A stretch of DNA of 64,000 nucleotides, from NCBI GenBank assembly GCA_024235135.1, contig JACKMZ010000002.1, positions 304,975-368,974 of the forward strand, written 5' to 3'. This DNA is from Gammaproteobacteria bacterium (lineage in GTDB: Bacteria > Pseudomonadota > Gammaproteobacteria > Competibacterales > Competibacteraceae). Below the pieces are notes generated by a model. The model did not search any database. It saw nothing but the letters and a program-made list of their open reading frames with translations, and was not told the origin of the DNA. Shown piece by piece: positions 41,111 through 52,673 of this stretch (position 1 is the stretch's first letter; each line of letters begins with the position of its first letter). The position numbers were made by a program, and so were the translations under genes.

Positions 41111-44100
41111 GTGATCTTTGTCAACCCCCTGACCCAAACATTGCTGAGTTGGCCGCCAACGGAGGTCCTGGGCAAGCTGGCGGGTGAGTTGGAAGATATG
41201 GGCCCGTTGCCTCAGGGAACTCTGGTCAACGTGTTTGCCGCCATCCAATCGCAGACGGTGCAAACGGCGGTGGTCAACATCCGCCACGGCGGGCGGTGGA
41301 TCAATATCCGTTTATACGGCATTCACGATGAAGCCCGGCAGTTGACAGGTTTTTTCCTGCTTGGACGGGATGTGAGCGATACGCAGCGCGCCATGGAAGC
41401 CGTGCGCGCTTCCGAGGAACGTTACCGGCGGTTGTTTGACATCAACCCACAGCCGATGTGGGTGTACGATCTGGAAACCTTGGCGTTCCTCGCCGTCAAC
41501 AAGGCGGCTATCCGGCATTACGGCTATTCCAGGCAAGATTTTCTGGCTATGACGATCAACGACCTGTGTCCGCCCGAGGAGGCGTCGGTCTTGCTCAAAA
41601 ATAGCGAAAATGGCCGGAAAAACATAGGCCAATCCGGAATCTGGCGCCATCGTAAGAAATCGGGGGCCTTGATCTATGCCGATATTACCGCCCACACCAC
41701 CCATTTCGAGGGCCGCCGCGCCGACCTCGTCCTCGTTCGCGATGTCACCGCTGAGCGCCGCGCCAGAAAAGCTTGGGAGCGGGCCGAACAAGCCCTTGCC
41801 AAGCGCGACGCCCTACTGGAACTGGCTACAAGGACAGCCATCGCGCTGTTGCGCGAAGCGGACCCCGCCGTGGCCATCAAGGCATGCTTTGAGCAGATCG
41901 GGCGCATCATGGACATCGACCGCGTGTATCTGTTCGAAAATCATGTTTGTTCCCAAACCGGCAATTTACTTACAAGCCAACGTTACGAATGGTGTTCGTC
42001 GCATGCGGCGCCCCAAAAATTCAACATGGCGTTGCAGAACGTGCCCTTTTACGAGCATTTGCCGCATTGCATGGAGAAGTTCGAGGTCAACCAGCCGGTA
42101 CTGGGGTTGATCAGAGATTTTCCCGAACCCGAACAAACGATTCTCAAAGCGCAAGATATCGTTTCCATTCTAGTTATCCCGATATTTTCGGGACAACGGC
42201 TGTGGGGGTTCATCGGTTTCGACGAATGCCGCGACGAACGGGTTTGGTCAGCGGCGGAACAGAGCGTTCTACGCAACATCGCCACCAGTATCGAGGCGGC
42301 TATCGCCCGGCAGCGATCGGAAAAGGCATTGCGGCATAGCGAGGAGCGTTATCGGCGAATTACGGCGGTGGTCACCGACTACATTTTCACCGTACGCTTG
42401 GAAAATGGCCATTACCTGCAAACCACGCACAGCCCGACCTGCGTTGCGGTAACCGGCTACACGGTGGAAGAATTCGCCGACGACCCGTATCTGTGGATCA
42501 AGATGGTGAAGGAAGAACACCGGGATTGGGTTCGCCACCACGCGCAGCGCGTCATGGCGGGAGAGAATCCCGGCGCCATCGAACATTGCATCGTACGCAA
42601 GGACGGAACCGTCCGCTGGGTCAGCAACACACCCGTACTGCATTTCGACCGGCAGGGCGCCTTGGCAGCTTATGATGGTCTTATTCACGATATCACCGAA
42701 CGTAAGTTGGCCGAGGAATCGGTACGCCAAAGCGAGGAGAAATATCGCCATTTATTCGAATCGGAATCGGATGCGATTTTTCTCATCGATAACCTCACTG
42801 GCCAAATCCTCGAAGCCAACAGCGCGGCTTCCAGACTCTACGGTTATAGCCGTCAGGAATTGCTGGAGCGGTCAAGTGCCGATCTGTCGGCCAATCCCGA
42901 ACAGACGCGTTTGGCGGTTCGCGACAAGTGGGCGTTGCTGCATCGTTGCTTCCATCGCAGAAAAAATGGTTCCGTGTTTCCGGTCGAAATTACCGCCAGC
43001 GATTTCGTCTGGCAGGGCCGCTCACAGCAGATTACCGCCGTACGTAACATTACCCGGCGTATCTACGCGGAACAGGCGTTGCGTGAAAGCGAGCAGCGGT
43101 TCCGCTCCTTGGTGGAGGAAGTCCCCAGTATTGCGGCCCAGGGCTACGATAGTGATCGGCGCGTGATTTTTTGGAACACGGCTAGCGAGCAACTCTATGG
43201 CTATAGCCGCGAGGACGCTATGGGGCTATTTCTGGAATCACTGTTGGCCGAAGACAATCCGGGCCTGCTTCAGGCCGTGGACGAATCGCTGTGGGGGGGA
43301 ACGACCTTGCCAGCGGGCGAATACACGGTGCGGCGTAAGGACGGTACGGCGGTCGCGGTGTATTCCAGTTATACGGTGGTCAGCAATATCCACGGTGAAC
43401 CGGAGTTGTATCGACTGGATATCGATTTGACCGAGCGTAAGCAGATGGAGGACACGCTGCGACGTTGGGAACGGGTGTTCGAGAGCACGGCCGAGGGAGT
43501 CATGATTACCGATGCCAACAGGCGCATCGTGGCGGTCAACAGGGCGTTTACCCATATCACCGGCTATGAAGAGGAGGAAGCCGTGGGGAAAACCCCCGCG
43601 CTGCTCCATTCCGGCCGTCATGATCGCGCATTCTACGCGCACGTATGGGACTCTCTGCAGACTTCCGGGAAATGGCAGGGCGAAATCTGGAATCGCCGCA
43701 AAAATGGAGAAATATTTCCGGAATGGCTGACCATCAGCGTGTTGGAGGATGCGCAGGGAAGCGTCAGCGATTATGTGGCCGTGTTCAGTGATATTTCTTC
43801 CATCAAGCACTCGCAGGAACAACTGAATCATCTGGCGCATCATGACCCTCTGACGGGTTTGCCCAATCGTTTGTTATTCAATGCCAAACTGCAACATGGC
43901 ATTCAAAGGGCCAGCCGCAATGACGCGACGCTGGCCTTGCTGTTCCTGGACCTGGATCATTTCAAGAACGTCAACGACTCGCTGGGGCACCCGATAGGGG
44001 ATCGTTTGTTGCAAAATCTGGCACAGATGATGGCGGCTCAAGTGCGTCAGCAGGATACCCTGGCGCGTTTGGGCGGGGACGAGTTCGCCTTGTTTCTGGA

Positions 44101-45142
44101 AGACGTGGAGTCGCCCAGCGCGGCCATGAACGTTGCGCAGAAATTGCTGGACATATTTTCCCAGCCGATCAAGGTGGGCGAGCATGAATTCTTCCTTTCG
44201 GTCAGCATCGGCATTGGTCTTTATCCCCTCGATGGAAGGGACGTGGATACCTTGGTGCGGAATGCCGACGCCGCCATGTATCAGGCCAAGCTGCTGGGGC
44301 GCAACAACTATCAGTTTTATCGGGCTGAATTGACGGCCGATGTATTGGAACGTTTGAAACTGAGCGTTTATCTGAGACGGGCCTTGGAAACCGACGAGTT
44401 GTCCGTGCATTACCAGCCGCAGGTGGATCTGGTCAGCAATCGTCTGATCGGCGTGGAGGCGCTGATCCGCTGGCGGCACCCGGAATTGGGTGACGTTTCT
44501 CCCACGCGTTTCATCCCGTTGGCCGAGGAAAGCGGTTTGATCATCACCTTGGGGGAATGGGTGTTACGCGCCGCGTGCCGCCAGATGAGACTGTGGAAGG
44601 AGCAGGGGTTCTGCGTGCCCCATGTCGCCGTCAACCTGTCGGTCAGGCAGATCGAACGAGGTGACCTGGTCGGCAGAATTCATGGCATTTTGGTCGAAAG
44701 CGGATTACAGCCGAATAGTTTGGAATTGGAGCTAACCGAATCCGGCATCATGCGACGGACCGATCAGTCGATTGCGGTCATGGATGGCCTGCGGTCTTTG
44801 GGGGTTTTTCTGGCCGTGGACGATTTCGGCACGGGCTATTCATCGTTGGGGTATCTGAAAAGTCTGCCCTTGCACAAGCTTAAGATCGACCGTTCCTTCG
44901 TGCGCGATATAGCCCGCGATCCTAATGACGAAGCCATCGTACGAGCGGTGATCGCCTTAGCCAAGAGTTTGGGGTTGACCGTTATCGCCGAGGGAGTGGA
45001 AACACAAGAACAAGCGCATTTCCTGCGAACGCAGGGTTGTGATGAAGGGCAGGGCTATTTATTCGGAAGGCCAGTTCCCGCCGATGTCTTGTTCGAACAA
45101 TGGTGCGGGAATGTTCGAGTGATGGCCTCCGCCAGGGGCTAA
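41111..45142 (+). CDS. Multi-PAS/GAF sensor diguanylate cyclase-phosphodiesterase (GGDEF-EAL)
   Basis: It has several PAS/PAC repeats, a GAF-like region, a '[13 protein letters not shown]' GGDEF active site and an EAL domain ('EALIRW', 'ELELTE', '[10 protein letters not shown]'). The start codon is uncertain because the frame is open upstream with no ATG. Confidence 0.9.
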   Translation: MIFVNPLTQTLLSWPPTEVLGKLAGELEDMGPLPQGTLVNVFAAIQSQTVQTAVVNIRHGGRWINIRLYGIHDEARQLTGFFLLGRDVSDTQRAMEAVRASEERYRRLFDINPQPMWVYDLETLAFLAVNKAAIRHYGYSRQDFLAMTINDLCPPEEASVLLKNSENGRKNIGQSGIWRHRKKSGALIYADITAHTTHFEGRRADLVLVRDVTAERRARKAWERAEQALAKRDALLELATRTAIALLREADPAVAIKACFEQIGRIMDIDRVYLFENHVCSQTGNLLTSQRYEWCSSHAAPQKFNMALQNVPFYEHLPHCMEKFEVNQPVLGLIRDFPEPEQTILKAQDIVSILVIPIFSGQRLWGFIGFDECRDERVWSAAEQSVLRNIATSIEAAIARQRSEKALRHSEERYRRITAVVTDYIFTVRLENGHYLQTTHSPTCVAVTGYTVEEFADDPYLWIKMVKEEHRDWVRHHAQRVMAGENPGAIEHCIVRKDGTVRWVSNTPVLHFDRQGALAAYDGLIHDITERKLAEESVRQSEEKYRHLFESESDAIFLIDNLTGQILEANSAASRLYGYSRQELLERSSADLSANPEQTRLAVRDKWALLHRCFHRRKNGSVFPVEITASDFVWQGRSQQITAVRNITRRIYAEQALRESEQRFRSLVEEVPSIAAQGYDSDRRVIFWNTASEQLYGYSREDAMGLFLESLLAEDNPGLLQAVDESLWGGTTLPAGEYTVRRKDGTAVAVYSSYTVVSNIHGEPELYRLDIDLTERKQMEDTLRRWERVFESTAEGVMITDANRRIVAVNRAFTHITGYEEEEAVGKTPALLHSGRHDRAFYAHVWDSLQTSGKWQGEIWNRRKNGEIFPEWLTISVLEDAQGSVSDYVAVFSDISSIKHSQEQLNHLAHHDPLTGLPNRLLFNAKLQHGIQRASRNDATLALLFLDLDHFKNVNDSLGHPIGDRLLQNLAQMMAAQVRQQDTLARLGGDEFALFLEDVESPSAAMNVAQKLLDIFSQPIKVGEHEFFLSVSIGIGLYPLDGRDVDTLVRNADAAMYQAKLLGRNNYQFYRAELTADVLERLKLSVYLRRALETDELSVHYQPQVDLVSNRLIGVEALIRWRHPELGDVSPTRFIPLAEESGLIITLGEWVLRAACRQMRLWKEQGFCVPHVAVNLSVRQIERGDLVGRIHGILVESGLQPNSLELELTESGIMRRTDQSIAVMDGLRSLGVFLAVDDFGTGYSSLGYLKSLPLHKLKIDRSFVRDIARDPNDEAIVRAVIALAKSLGLTVIAEGVETQEQAHFLRTQGCDEGQGYLFGRPVPADVLFEQWCGNVRVMASARG

Positions 45143-45854
45143 TTGGCCCGTTGCAAGGAAGGAACAAAACCGTGCCGTCCGGCCGTTGGATCAAGGACGG
45201 TACAGCGGTTTCGCCGTGCACTTCTTCCATCATCGAACCCACCATCGGAGTCAGGCCCTACGCTGCCGATGCAGTGCAGCCACGATCCCGACGTGACGGA
45301 TTTGGTGGGATGCCTTGAGAAATCCAGAAATGTTCGATTGATGAAGAATGGCAGTTTGTAACGGCCAGGAGCATATCGTTCCCAAAATTCGCGTCGCCCA
45401 TCGCTGTGCCGGAGGAGCGAAAAAGAAAAGCTCGGGATTTCGAATGGATGAGAGCGATGTCCATAACAATATGATCTTATTTTGATTAATTTGGATGTAG
45501 GGGCCTTTGTTCCGTTGGGGATGGCGAAACATTCACGAGCGAGTTTCGATAGTGGCACGCTGCCTGCATAAGCTCAATCAGCATCTTCGCCGCCCCTGGG
45601 AAAGGGGTACCGTGATAGAGAGTCATCCTCCGTGGCTAACGCGTTGAGGGAATAAGTTGACTAGAGGATGGCGCCTTATCACTGGGAAAGTCTGATAGGT
45701 GTCGCTTACCAGATGAAGGTGTTGCGTGTCCCATATAGTTACCAGGGATTTCGATTTTGCGGATAAGGAAGAGGTCCTTTCGGCCCACGCGACATGCTTC
45801 GGGGAAGGTGCTGGTTTTATAATAACCTCCAATGACTTATCATATGATTAACCA

Positions 45855-45890
45855 CCCGCTGATCCCCCCCTTGTCAGCGGGTTTTATTTT
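45855..45890 (+). terminator. Rho-independent terminator (cccgctga-tccccccctt-gtcagcggg, then TTTTATTTT)
   Basis: A perfect 8 bp stem is followed by a U-tract on the plus strand. The nearest upstream plus-strand gene ends at 45142. Confidence 0.55.
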
Positions 45891-45950
45891 GCCGATCTGG
45901 CTGGGCTGAGCCGTTTCTCCCGTACGCCAGCAGCAGAGCCCCAGTTAGGA

Positions 45951-46823
45951 TCACTCCCCTTCCAGGCGGGCGATGAGGCTGGAAGTATCCCAGCGCCCAC
46001 CCCCCAAGGATTGCACTTCGGCATAGAGTTGATCGACCAAGGCCGTCACCGGCAGATGCGCGCCGTTGCGTCGGGATTCGGCCAACGCAATGGCAAGGTC
46101 TTTGCGCATCCAATTGACGGCGAAACCGAAATCGAAGCGCCCTTCAAGCATGGTCGAACCTCGGTTGTCCATCTGCCAGGACTGAGCCGCTCCCTTACCG
46201 ATCACTTCCAGTACCGCCTGACCATCCAGCCCAGCGGCTTTGGCGAAATGCAACCCTTCCGCCAAAGCTTCCACCAGACCCGCGATACAAATTTGGTTGA
46301 CCATCTTGGTCAATTGCCCGCTGCCAACCGGTCCCATGAGCCGTACTGCACGCGCATACGCTTCGATCAAGGGGCTGGCTTTCGCGAAGGCTTGCGGTTC
46401 GGCGCCCACCATCACGGTCAGCTTACCTTGCTCGGCGCCGGCCTGCCCTCCGGAAACCGGAGCGTCCAGGAAGGCGATGCCTCGTTGCCCGGCGACGCGG
46501 TCCAGTTCCCGCGCGACCTCGGCGGACGTGGTGGTATTGTCGACGAGGATGGCGCCGGGCTTCATGCTCTGCAGTGCGCCATCCTCCGCCAGCGTGACTT
46601 GGCGTAAATCGTCGTCATTGCCCACACAGGTAAACACGAAGCGGGCATCCTGGGCTGCGGTGGCCGGTGTCGCGGCCCGGCTTCCGCCGAATTCGGTCGT
46701 CCACCGCTCGGCCTTGGCCAGGGTGCGATTGAATACCGTAACCTGGTGGCCGGCCTTGGCCAAATGACCGGCCATGTGATAACCCATCACCCCGAGTCCG
46801 ATAAAAGCGACTTTTTCACTCAT
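45951..46823 (-). CDS. NAD(P)-dependent 3-hydroxyisobutyrate/2-hydroxy-3-oxopropionate dehydrogenase family oxidoreductase
   Basis: It has the N-terminal Rossmann motif 'VAFIGLGVMGYHMAGHL' and a 6PGDH-like C-terminal domain. Confidence 0.8.
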   Translation of the reverse strand: MSEKVAFIGLGVMGYHMAGHLAKAGHQVTVFNRTLAKAERWTTEFGGSRAATPATAAQDARFVFTCVGNDDDLRQVTLAEDGALQSMKPGAILVDNTTTSAEVARELDRVAGQRGIAFLDAPVSGGQAGAEQGKLTVMVGAEPQAFAKASPLIEAYARAVRLMGPVGSGQLTKMVNQICIAGLVEALAEGLHFAKAAGLDGQAVLEVIGKGAAQSWQMDNRGSTMLEGRFDFGFAVNWMRKDLAIALAESRRNGAHLPVTALVDQLYAEVQSLGGGRWDTSSLIARLEGE

Positions 46824-46950
46824 AATTCACTCCACGACAATGATGCCATTATAGGGACAATATGTAATATAATACTCCGTGATTTCGACTTGCCAAGCTG
46901 AGCGGCTATAAGCCGCTTTGTAATGAATGTCCAATTGAAAGGGTGAGAAA

Positions 46951-47760
46951 ATGACGACGTTTGCCAATAAAACGATTCTAATTACCGGTGGTGCAATGGG
47001 TATCGGCAAATTATTTGCCGAGAAAGGTATTCAGGATGGAGCCAAAATAGTTATCTGGGATATTAACGAAAGTGCATTACAAAACACCGTTAATGAGTTA
47101 AAAGCGAAAGGGGGAGATATTTCTTCGTATGTCGTCGATGTGTCGAGTCCAGAATCGATCGAACAGAACGCAAAACAAGTCCTTGATGCGGTCGGGACAG
47201 TGGATATTGTGTTTAATAATGCTGGAGTTGTCGTAGGGTCCTATTTCGTCGATCATACCGTTCAGCAAATCGAGAGAACGGTTAAAATTAATACCCTGGG
47301 TGTCATGCATGTAGCTCGCGCTTTTCTACCGGCAATGATGAAAAAGGGGGCAGGCCATTTAATTAATATCGCTTCCGCGGCCGGTATGATTGCCAACCCG
47401 AAAATGTCTGTTTATGCCGGCAGCAAATGGGCCGTCATTGGTTGGTCCGATTCCGTGCGTTTGGAAATGGAGCAAATGGGCCATAAAAACGTGCATGTCA
47501 CGACCGTGACCCCCAGTTATATCAATACGGGCATGTTCGACGGCGCCAAAGCGCCTTTGTTGACGCCTATTCTCGAACCGGCGGCGCTGGTGGAAGCGGT
47601 TTGGGAAGGAGTTAAGAAAAACCGGGCGTTCGTGCGCGCGCCGCTGACGGTTTATTTGATACCCATGATGAAGGGCTTGATGCCCGTTCGCGTGTTCGAT
47701 TTTGTCGCGGGTAAACTCATGGGCGTTTACAAATCCATGGATCAGTTCAAAGGCCATTGA
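46951..47760 (+). CDS. SDR-family oxidoreductase
   Basis: It has 'TGGAMGIG', 'NNAG' and 'YAGSKWA' (YxxxK). Confidence 0.85.
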   Translation: MTTFANKTILITGGAMGIGKLFAEKGIQDGAKIVIWDINESALQNTVNELKAKGGDISSYVVDVSSPESIEQNAKQVLDAVGTVDIVFNNAGVVVGSYFVDHTVQQIERTVKINTLGVMHVARAFLPAMMKKGAGHLINIASAAGMIANPKMSVYAGSKWAVIGWSDSVRLEMEQMGHKNVHVTTVTPSYINTGMFDGAKAPLLTPILEPAALVEAVWEGVKKNRAFVRAPLTVYLIPMMKGLMPVRVFDFVAGKLMGVYKSMDQFKGH

Positions 47761-47787
47761 TTGCCGCCGAGCCAGTGGGCTCACGGA

Positions 47788-48243
47788 TTAACCGGTCACT
47801 TCCGCGCGACCCACGATGCGCATCAGCGTTTGTTGCATCATGCCGCACAATGTTTCGCGGCCATTCTTCACGACCAGGACGTCGGCGCGGGTGGCGGTCA
47901 ACGTGCGACCAGGCCGGATGACCTGACCGCGCGCGATCAGTAACTCGCCGTCCGCGGGCGCCACCAGGTTGATCTTGTATTCCACGGTCAACACGCCGTC
48001 GCCCGCGGCCATCAAGCTGAAACCCGCGTAACCGCCCGCCGAATCGGCGATCGTGCCCACGACGCCGCCATGGAAGAAACCGTGCTGTTGGGAAACATCG
48101 TCGCCGTAGGGCAGTTGGATGACCGCGTAACCGGGTTGGATGTCGACCAAGGTCGCTCCAATGTGCCGCATGATGCCCTGCTTGGCGAAGCTGCCGCGGA
48201 CGGCTTGGGCATAATCCGGGTTGGTAGGCTGGAAATCGGGCAT
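47788..48243 (-). CDS. PaaI-family hotdog thioesterase
   Basis: It carries the 'HGGVVGTIADSAGG' hotdog motif. Confidence 0.7.
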   Translation of the reverse strand: MPDFQPTNPDYAQAVRGSFAKQGIMRHIGATLVDIQPGYAVIQLPYGDDVSQQHGFFHGGVVGTIADSAGGYAGFSLMAAGDGVLTVEYKINLVAPADGELLIARGQVIRPGRTLTATRADVLVVKNGRETLCGMMQQTLMRIVGRAEVTG

Positions 48244-48256
48244 GATGGGTACTCGG

Positions 48257-48694
48257 TCAACCGGGCGTATTGTGTTCGACCCAGCGTTCACCGTGGGCTA
48301 GCTGCTCTTTTTTCCAAAGCGGTGCGCGCGATTTCAATTCCTCCATGACGAAACGGCAAGCGTCGAATGCGGCGGCGCGATGAGCCGCCCACACCGCGAC
48401 CAGCACGATCGGATCATTGGGCTTGAGTGCGCCGATCCGATGAATAAGCAACGCTTCCAGTATCTCCCAGCGTTGCCGAGCCTGTTGCACGATGCTTTCC
48501 AAGTGGCGCTCGGTCATGCCGGGATAGTGTTCCAGCGTCATACCGGTCACCGCGCTGCCCTCGTTATGATCTCGCATGGCGCCGATGAAGTGGGCGGCGG
48601 CGCCATAATGGCCCCGCAATGCAATCAGACTTTCCTGGTAATGCGCGAGTTCCTGCAGCGGATCGAACGGGGTGTCGCGTATCTCGATTTTCAT
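48257..48694 (-). CDS. moaE: Molybdopterin synthase catalytic subunit
   Basis: It is about 145 aa, MoaE-like ('GAMRDHNEG'), and lies adjacent to moaD. Confidence 0.8.
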   Translation of the reverse strand: MKIEIRDTPFDPLQELAHYQESLIALRGHYGAAAHFIGAMRDHNEGSAVTGMTLEHYPGMTERHLESIVQQARQRWEILEALLIHRIGALKPNDPIVLVAVWAAHRAAAFDACRFVMEELKSRAPLWKKEQLAHGERWVEHNTPG

Positions 48695-48697
48695 CGC

Positions 48698-48931
48698 CTA
48701 ACCTCCGGTGACCGGCGGAAAAAAAGCGACTTCGTCGCCGTCCGCCACCAGTTGAGTCAAGGGGGCGTATTCTTGGTTGACCGCCGTCAGGATATGGGGC
48801 GGCAACGGTGTTTCCGGCCACAGACGGGACCAGACTTCGGCGACGGTCAGCGGCCCGTTGTCCGCTAGCCGGTCTTCGGCGCGTCCGACCTGATCGCGCA
48901 GGCTGGCGAAATATTTCACTCGAATGGCCAT
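48698..48931 (-). CDS. moaD: Molybdopterin synthase sulfur-carrier subunit
   Basis: It is 77 aa and ends in Gly-Gly. Confidence 0.75.
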   Translation of the reverse strand: MAIRVKYFASLRDQVGRAEDRLADNGPLTVAEVWSRLWPETPLPPHILTAVNQEYAPLTQLVADGDEVAFFPPVTGG

Positions 48932-49144
48932 GATCTTCCACCGGATTCACAGAGTTGAGATGCAGCCGGGTTGGGCCTGCCGGGCTAACGGGTATCCCCT
49001 TTCCCGCCGGCGAAACGAGGCCGAATCACCGTGTTGGGCGTTGCACTGCCCTTGCCGATAGGTCGGCTGCGATTCTCGACAGTGTAAGTGAGTCACGCCG
49101 CCGCCGCCATCGGAGCCGGTGTTCAGTGTGCCGGCCGTGGCGAC

Positions 49145-50494
49145 TCATTTCAAGAACAGGGTCGCCAAGCCCAGAAAAGCGAAAAAGCCTACGATGTCGG
49201 TCACCGTGGTCAAAACCACGCTGCCCGCCAGCGCGGGATCGATGCCGAAGCGGCGTAGAAGCAAAGGGATGGTCACGCCGGCCAAAGCCGCACAGAGCAG
49301 GTTGATCAGAATCGCCGCGCCGATGATGCCGCCGATCGTGAAATTGCCGAACCAGATCACGGCGAGACCGGCGACAACCACCGCCCACATCAGGCCATTG
49401 AGCAAGCCGACCGCCAATTCCTTGAACATGAGTAGCCGGGCATTGCTGTTTTCCACATGGCCTAGCGCCAGCCCCCGGATCACCAGAGTCAGCGTCTGAC
49501 TGCCGGCGATACCGCCCATACTGGCGACGATGGGCATGAGCACCGCCAGGGCTACCACCTTGGCTAGCACGCCTTCGAACAGGCCGATGACCCACGCCGC
49601 CATGAACGCCGTAATCAAATTGATGCCCAGCCATACCGCACGCCGCCGGGAGCTTGGAACCACCGGCGCGAAGATGTCTTCGTCCTCGTCCAGACCCGCC
49701 ATGCTCATGATGGAGTGCTCCGCCTCGGTGCGAATGACGTCCACCACGTCGTCGATGGTGATGCGTCCCAGCAGGCGCCCGTCCGGCCCGATCACGGGCG
49801 CCGAAACGAGATCGTACTGTTCGAAGCGTCGGGCCACGTCTTCCGCGGACGAGATGGCGGGTATGGGTTCGAAATCCTTGACCATCACCTCGTCAACGGT
49901 GGCATCGGGTTGGCCGATGAGCAAATGATGGATGGGCAGGATGCCCAGATAACGGTCGCCACGATCGACCACCATCAGACTGTCGGTTTGCTCGGGGAGG
50001 GAGCCGCGCAAGCGTAAATAGCGCAATACCACATCCAGGCTGACGTCGGCGCGCACCGTGATCATGTCGGTGTTCATCAAACCGCCGGCGCTGTCCTCGG
50101 GATAGGAGAGCACGGCTTCCAGGCGTTGGCGGTTTTGCAGATCCATGGAATGCAGCAACTCGGCGCTGACGGCTTCCGGAAGGTCCTGCAGCAAATCCGC
50201 CAGATCGTCCAGATCCAGCCCTTCGGTGGCGGCCAGCAGATCCTCGGGTTCCATTTCCTGAATAAGACCCGAGCGGGCTTCGTCGTTGACATGCAACAGG
50301 ACTTCGCCACTGCTCTCCGGCTCGACCAGTTCCCAGACGACCTTACGTTCCGCCGGTGGCAGCGACTGCAACAGATCGGCGATTTCGGCCGGATGCAAGG
50401 CGCCCAGCATGCGCCGCACATTCTGGAAAGTGCCACGTTCCAGGGCCCGCCTCAGGCGCCGCAGATAAGTGGGTCTCTGGTCGTTCTCAGCCAT
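49145..50494 (-). CDS. mgtE: Magnesium transporter MgtE
   Basis: It has an N-domain, tandem CBS domains and a 5-TM C-terminal domain. A GGAGGC ribosome-binding site precedes the ATG at 50494. Confidence 0.9.
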   Translation of the reverse strand: MAENDQRPTYLRRLRRALERGTFQNVRRMLGALHPAEIADLLQSLPPAERKVVWELVEPESSGEVLLHVNDEARSGLIQEMEPEDLLAATEGLDLDDLADLLQDLPEAVSAELLHSMDLQNRQRLEAVLSYPEDSAGGLMNTDMITVRADVSLDVVLRYLRLRGSLPEQTDSLMVVDRGDRYLGILPIHHLLIGQPDATVDEVMVKDFEPIPAISSAEDVARRFEQYDLVSAPVIGPDGRLLGRITIDDVVDVIRTEAEHSIMSMAGLDEDEDIFAPVVPSSRRRAVWLGINLITAFMAAWVIGLFEGVLAKVVALAVLMPIVASMGGIAGSQTLTLVIRGLALGHVENSNARLLMFKELAVGLLNGLMWAVVVAGLAVIWFGNFTIGGIIGAAILINLLCAALAGVTIPLLLRRFGIDPALAGSVVLTTVTDIVGFFAFLGLATLFLK

Positions 50495-50649
50495 AAAAGC
50501 CTCCGTAGATGGCACTGCGGGGGTGAGGGCGTGGCGCCCCGATCCGGCCTGGATGCAAGGAGGCCGGGTGGTGCTCGATGGTGATCGCGGGAATCAGGAA
50601 CGCGCGGCAGTGTAACGGGGAACGCCGGTCAGGTCCACGGGGGCGGCCG

Positions 50650-52380
50650 TCAAAGGCGGGTAAGGTTCTGTACCTGCTGGTTGAATTTCTTGGGATCTTC
50701 GGTATGCAAAATACGCTTGACGAGTGTCATGAGTTCCAGCAGATGGCTTTCCCGGATCACCCGTTTGACTTCCAGAAGGCTGTTGGGATGCATGCTGAAA
50801 TGCGTCAAGCCGAGACCTAGCAACAGGCGAACGTAGCGTGGGTCGCCCGCCATCTCTCCACACATGCTAACGGGAATGTTCGCCTTCTGCCCAGCCTGGA
50901 TGGTCATGGCGATCAGTTGCAACACGGCCGGATGAAGGGGATCGTAGAGATAATTGACTTCGTCGTCGGTGCGGTCGATGGCCAGAGTGTACTGAATCAA
51001 ATCGTTGGTGCCGATGGAAAGAAAATCCAGATGGCGGGCGAAAAACGGGGCGCAGATAGCCGCCGCGGGTACCTCGATCATGGCTCCTATGGGCATGCGC
51101 TCGTCGAAACGCTGGCCACGCAAGCGCAATTCCTGCTTGGTTTCCTGGGTCAAGCGCAGGACTTGCAGCAGTTCCTGGATGTTGGACAGCATGGGAATCA
51201 TCATGCGTACGGGCCCGAACGCCGAAGCGCGGAGTATGGCTCGCAGTTGCGGGCGAAACAGCGCCAGGTTCTTTAGGCACAGGCGGATGGCCCGTAGTCC
51301 AAGCGCCGGATTCGAGCTGCCGACGCGGTTTTCGCCCAGTCCCTTGTCCGCGCCCAGATCGACCGTGCGGATGGTGATGGGCTTGCCGTCCAGCATTTTG
51401 AGGACATGCAGATATGAGGTGAGGTGTTCTTCCTCGTCCGGAATGTCCTTGCGATTCATGAACAGAAATTCGGTACGGTACAGTCCGACTCCGGCCGCCC
51501 CGACTTGACACACCGCTGCGGCGTCTTCCGGCAACTCGATATTGGCGTGCAGGGTGATCCGCACGGCGTCGCGGGTCACCGTCGGTTGTTCCTTGAGTTT
51601 GACGAGTTCCAGTTGCTGGTGCTGATCTTCCTGCTGCTTCCAGCGGTAATACTTGATCGCCTGCTCGTCCAAACCCACCATCAGCACGCCCAGTTGGCCA
51701 TCGACGATGGCCAGTTCGTCCTCGTCGAGATAACGGCGCGCGCAATGCACGCCCATCACGGCGGGTATACCCAGGCTGCGGGCCAGAATGGCGGTGTGCG
51801 AGAGCGGCCCGCCGTGCTCGGTGACAAAGGCCAGCACGCCTTGATGTTGCATGAGCACGGTGTCGGCGGGGGTGAGTTCCTCGGCGACGAGAATACGTCC
51901 TTCCAGGCGGCTGGAAATGGCGTCGGCGGTGCCTCCCTCGTTGGCCAGCAGAATGCGTTGAATGCGTTGGACCACATGGTCCACATCGTCGCGGCGGGTG
52001 CGTAAATAGGGGTCTTCCATCTCATTGAAGACTTGCACGACCCAATCGCGTTGGAGTTTCAATGCCCATTCCGCGTTGCAGCTGCGCGTGCGTATCAGTT
52101 TGATGGGCGCGCTGGCCAAGGTGGAGTCTTCCAGCATCAACAAATGGGTGTCGATGAAGGCGGCGACGTCGGCCGGTACGGACAGTGGGATGCGGGAACG
52201 GATTTCCCGCAATTGCTGTTTGGCTATCGCCACGCCATGCAGGAAGCGTTGGACCTCTTCTTCAATCAGGACGCTGGAAATCGTGTATTCGGGAATTTCC
52301 AGTTGATCGCGCTGCAACAGAATGGTTTTACCGATGGCATAGCCTCGTGAAATACCGACTCCGTGCAGGGTAACGGGCAT
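50650..52380 (-). CDS. ptsI: Phosphoenolpyruvate-protein phosphotransferase (PTS enzyme I, no GAF domain)
   Basis: It is 576 aa with the phospho-His region 'GGPLSHTAILARSLGIPAV' and a PEP-utilising C-terminal domain. Confidence 0.85.
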   Translation of the reverse strand: MPVTLHGVGISRGYAIGKTILLQRDQLEIPEYTISSVLIEEEVQRFLHGVAIAKQQLREIRSRIPLSVPADVAAFIDTHLLMLEDSTLASAPIKLIRTRSCNAEWALKLQRDWVVQVFNEMEDPYLRTRRDDVDHVVQRIQRILLANEGGTADAISSRLEGRILVAEELTPADTVLMQHQGVLAFVTEHGGPLSHTAILARSLGIPAVMGVHCARRYLDEDELAIVDGQLGVLMVGLDEQAIKYYRWKQQEDQHQQLELVKLKEQPTVTRDAVRITLHANIELPEDAAAVCQVGAAGVGLYRTEFLFMNRKDIPDEEEHLTSYLHVLKMLDGKPITIRTVDLGADKGLGENRVGSSNPALGLRAIRLCLKNLALFRPQLRAILRASAFGPVRMMIPMLSNIQELLQVLRLTQETKQELRLRGQRFDERMPIGAMIEVPAAAICAPFFARHLDFLSIGTNDLIQYTLAIDRTDDEVNYLYDPLHPAVLQLIAMTIQAGQKANIPVSMCGEMAGDPRYVRLLLGLGLTHFSMHPNSLLEVKRVIRESHLLELMTLVKRILHTEDPKKFNQQVQNLTRL

Positions 52381-52387
52381 GACTGGC

Positions 52388-52657
52388 TCACTCGTCTTCG
52401 CCGAAACGCCGCAGCACCAAATCCTCCAGGCAGTCCAGAGCCTGCTCGGCGTCCTCGCCGGCCGCCTGCAGTTCCAGGCAGGCGCCTCGGGCGGCCGCTA
52501 GCATCATGACGCCCATGATACTTTTGCCATTGACTTCCCGGCCTTCCCGCCGGACCCGAATATCAGCCCCGAAACGCGCCGCCACGGTGACGAACTTGGC
52601 CGCCGCGCGAGCATGCAATCCCAGCCGATTGGTGACTGTGACTTGCCGGATCAGCAT
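52388..52657 (-). CDS. HPr-family phosphocarrier protein (NPr-like)
   Basis: It is 89 aa with the His site 'GLHARAAAKF'. Confidence 0.8.
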   Translation of the reverse strand: MLIRQVTVTNRLGLHARAAAKFVTVAARFGADIRVRREGREVNGKSIMGVMMLAAARGACLELQAAGEDAEQALDCLEDLVLRRFGEDE

Positions 52658-52673
52658 GGTGGCAGGCTCTTGC

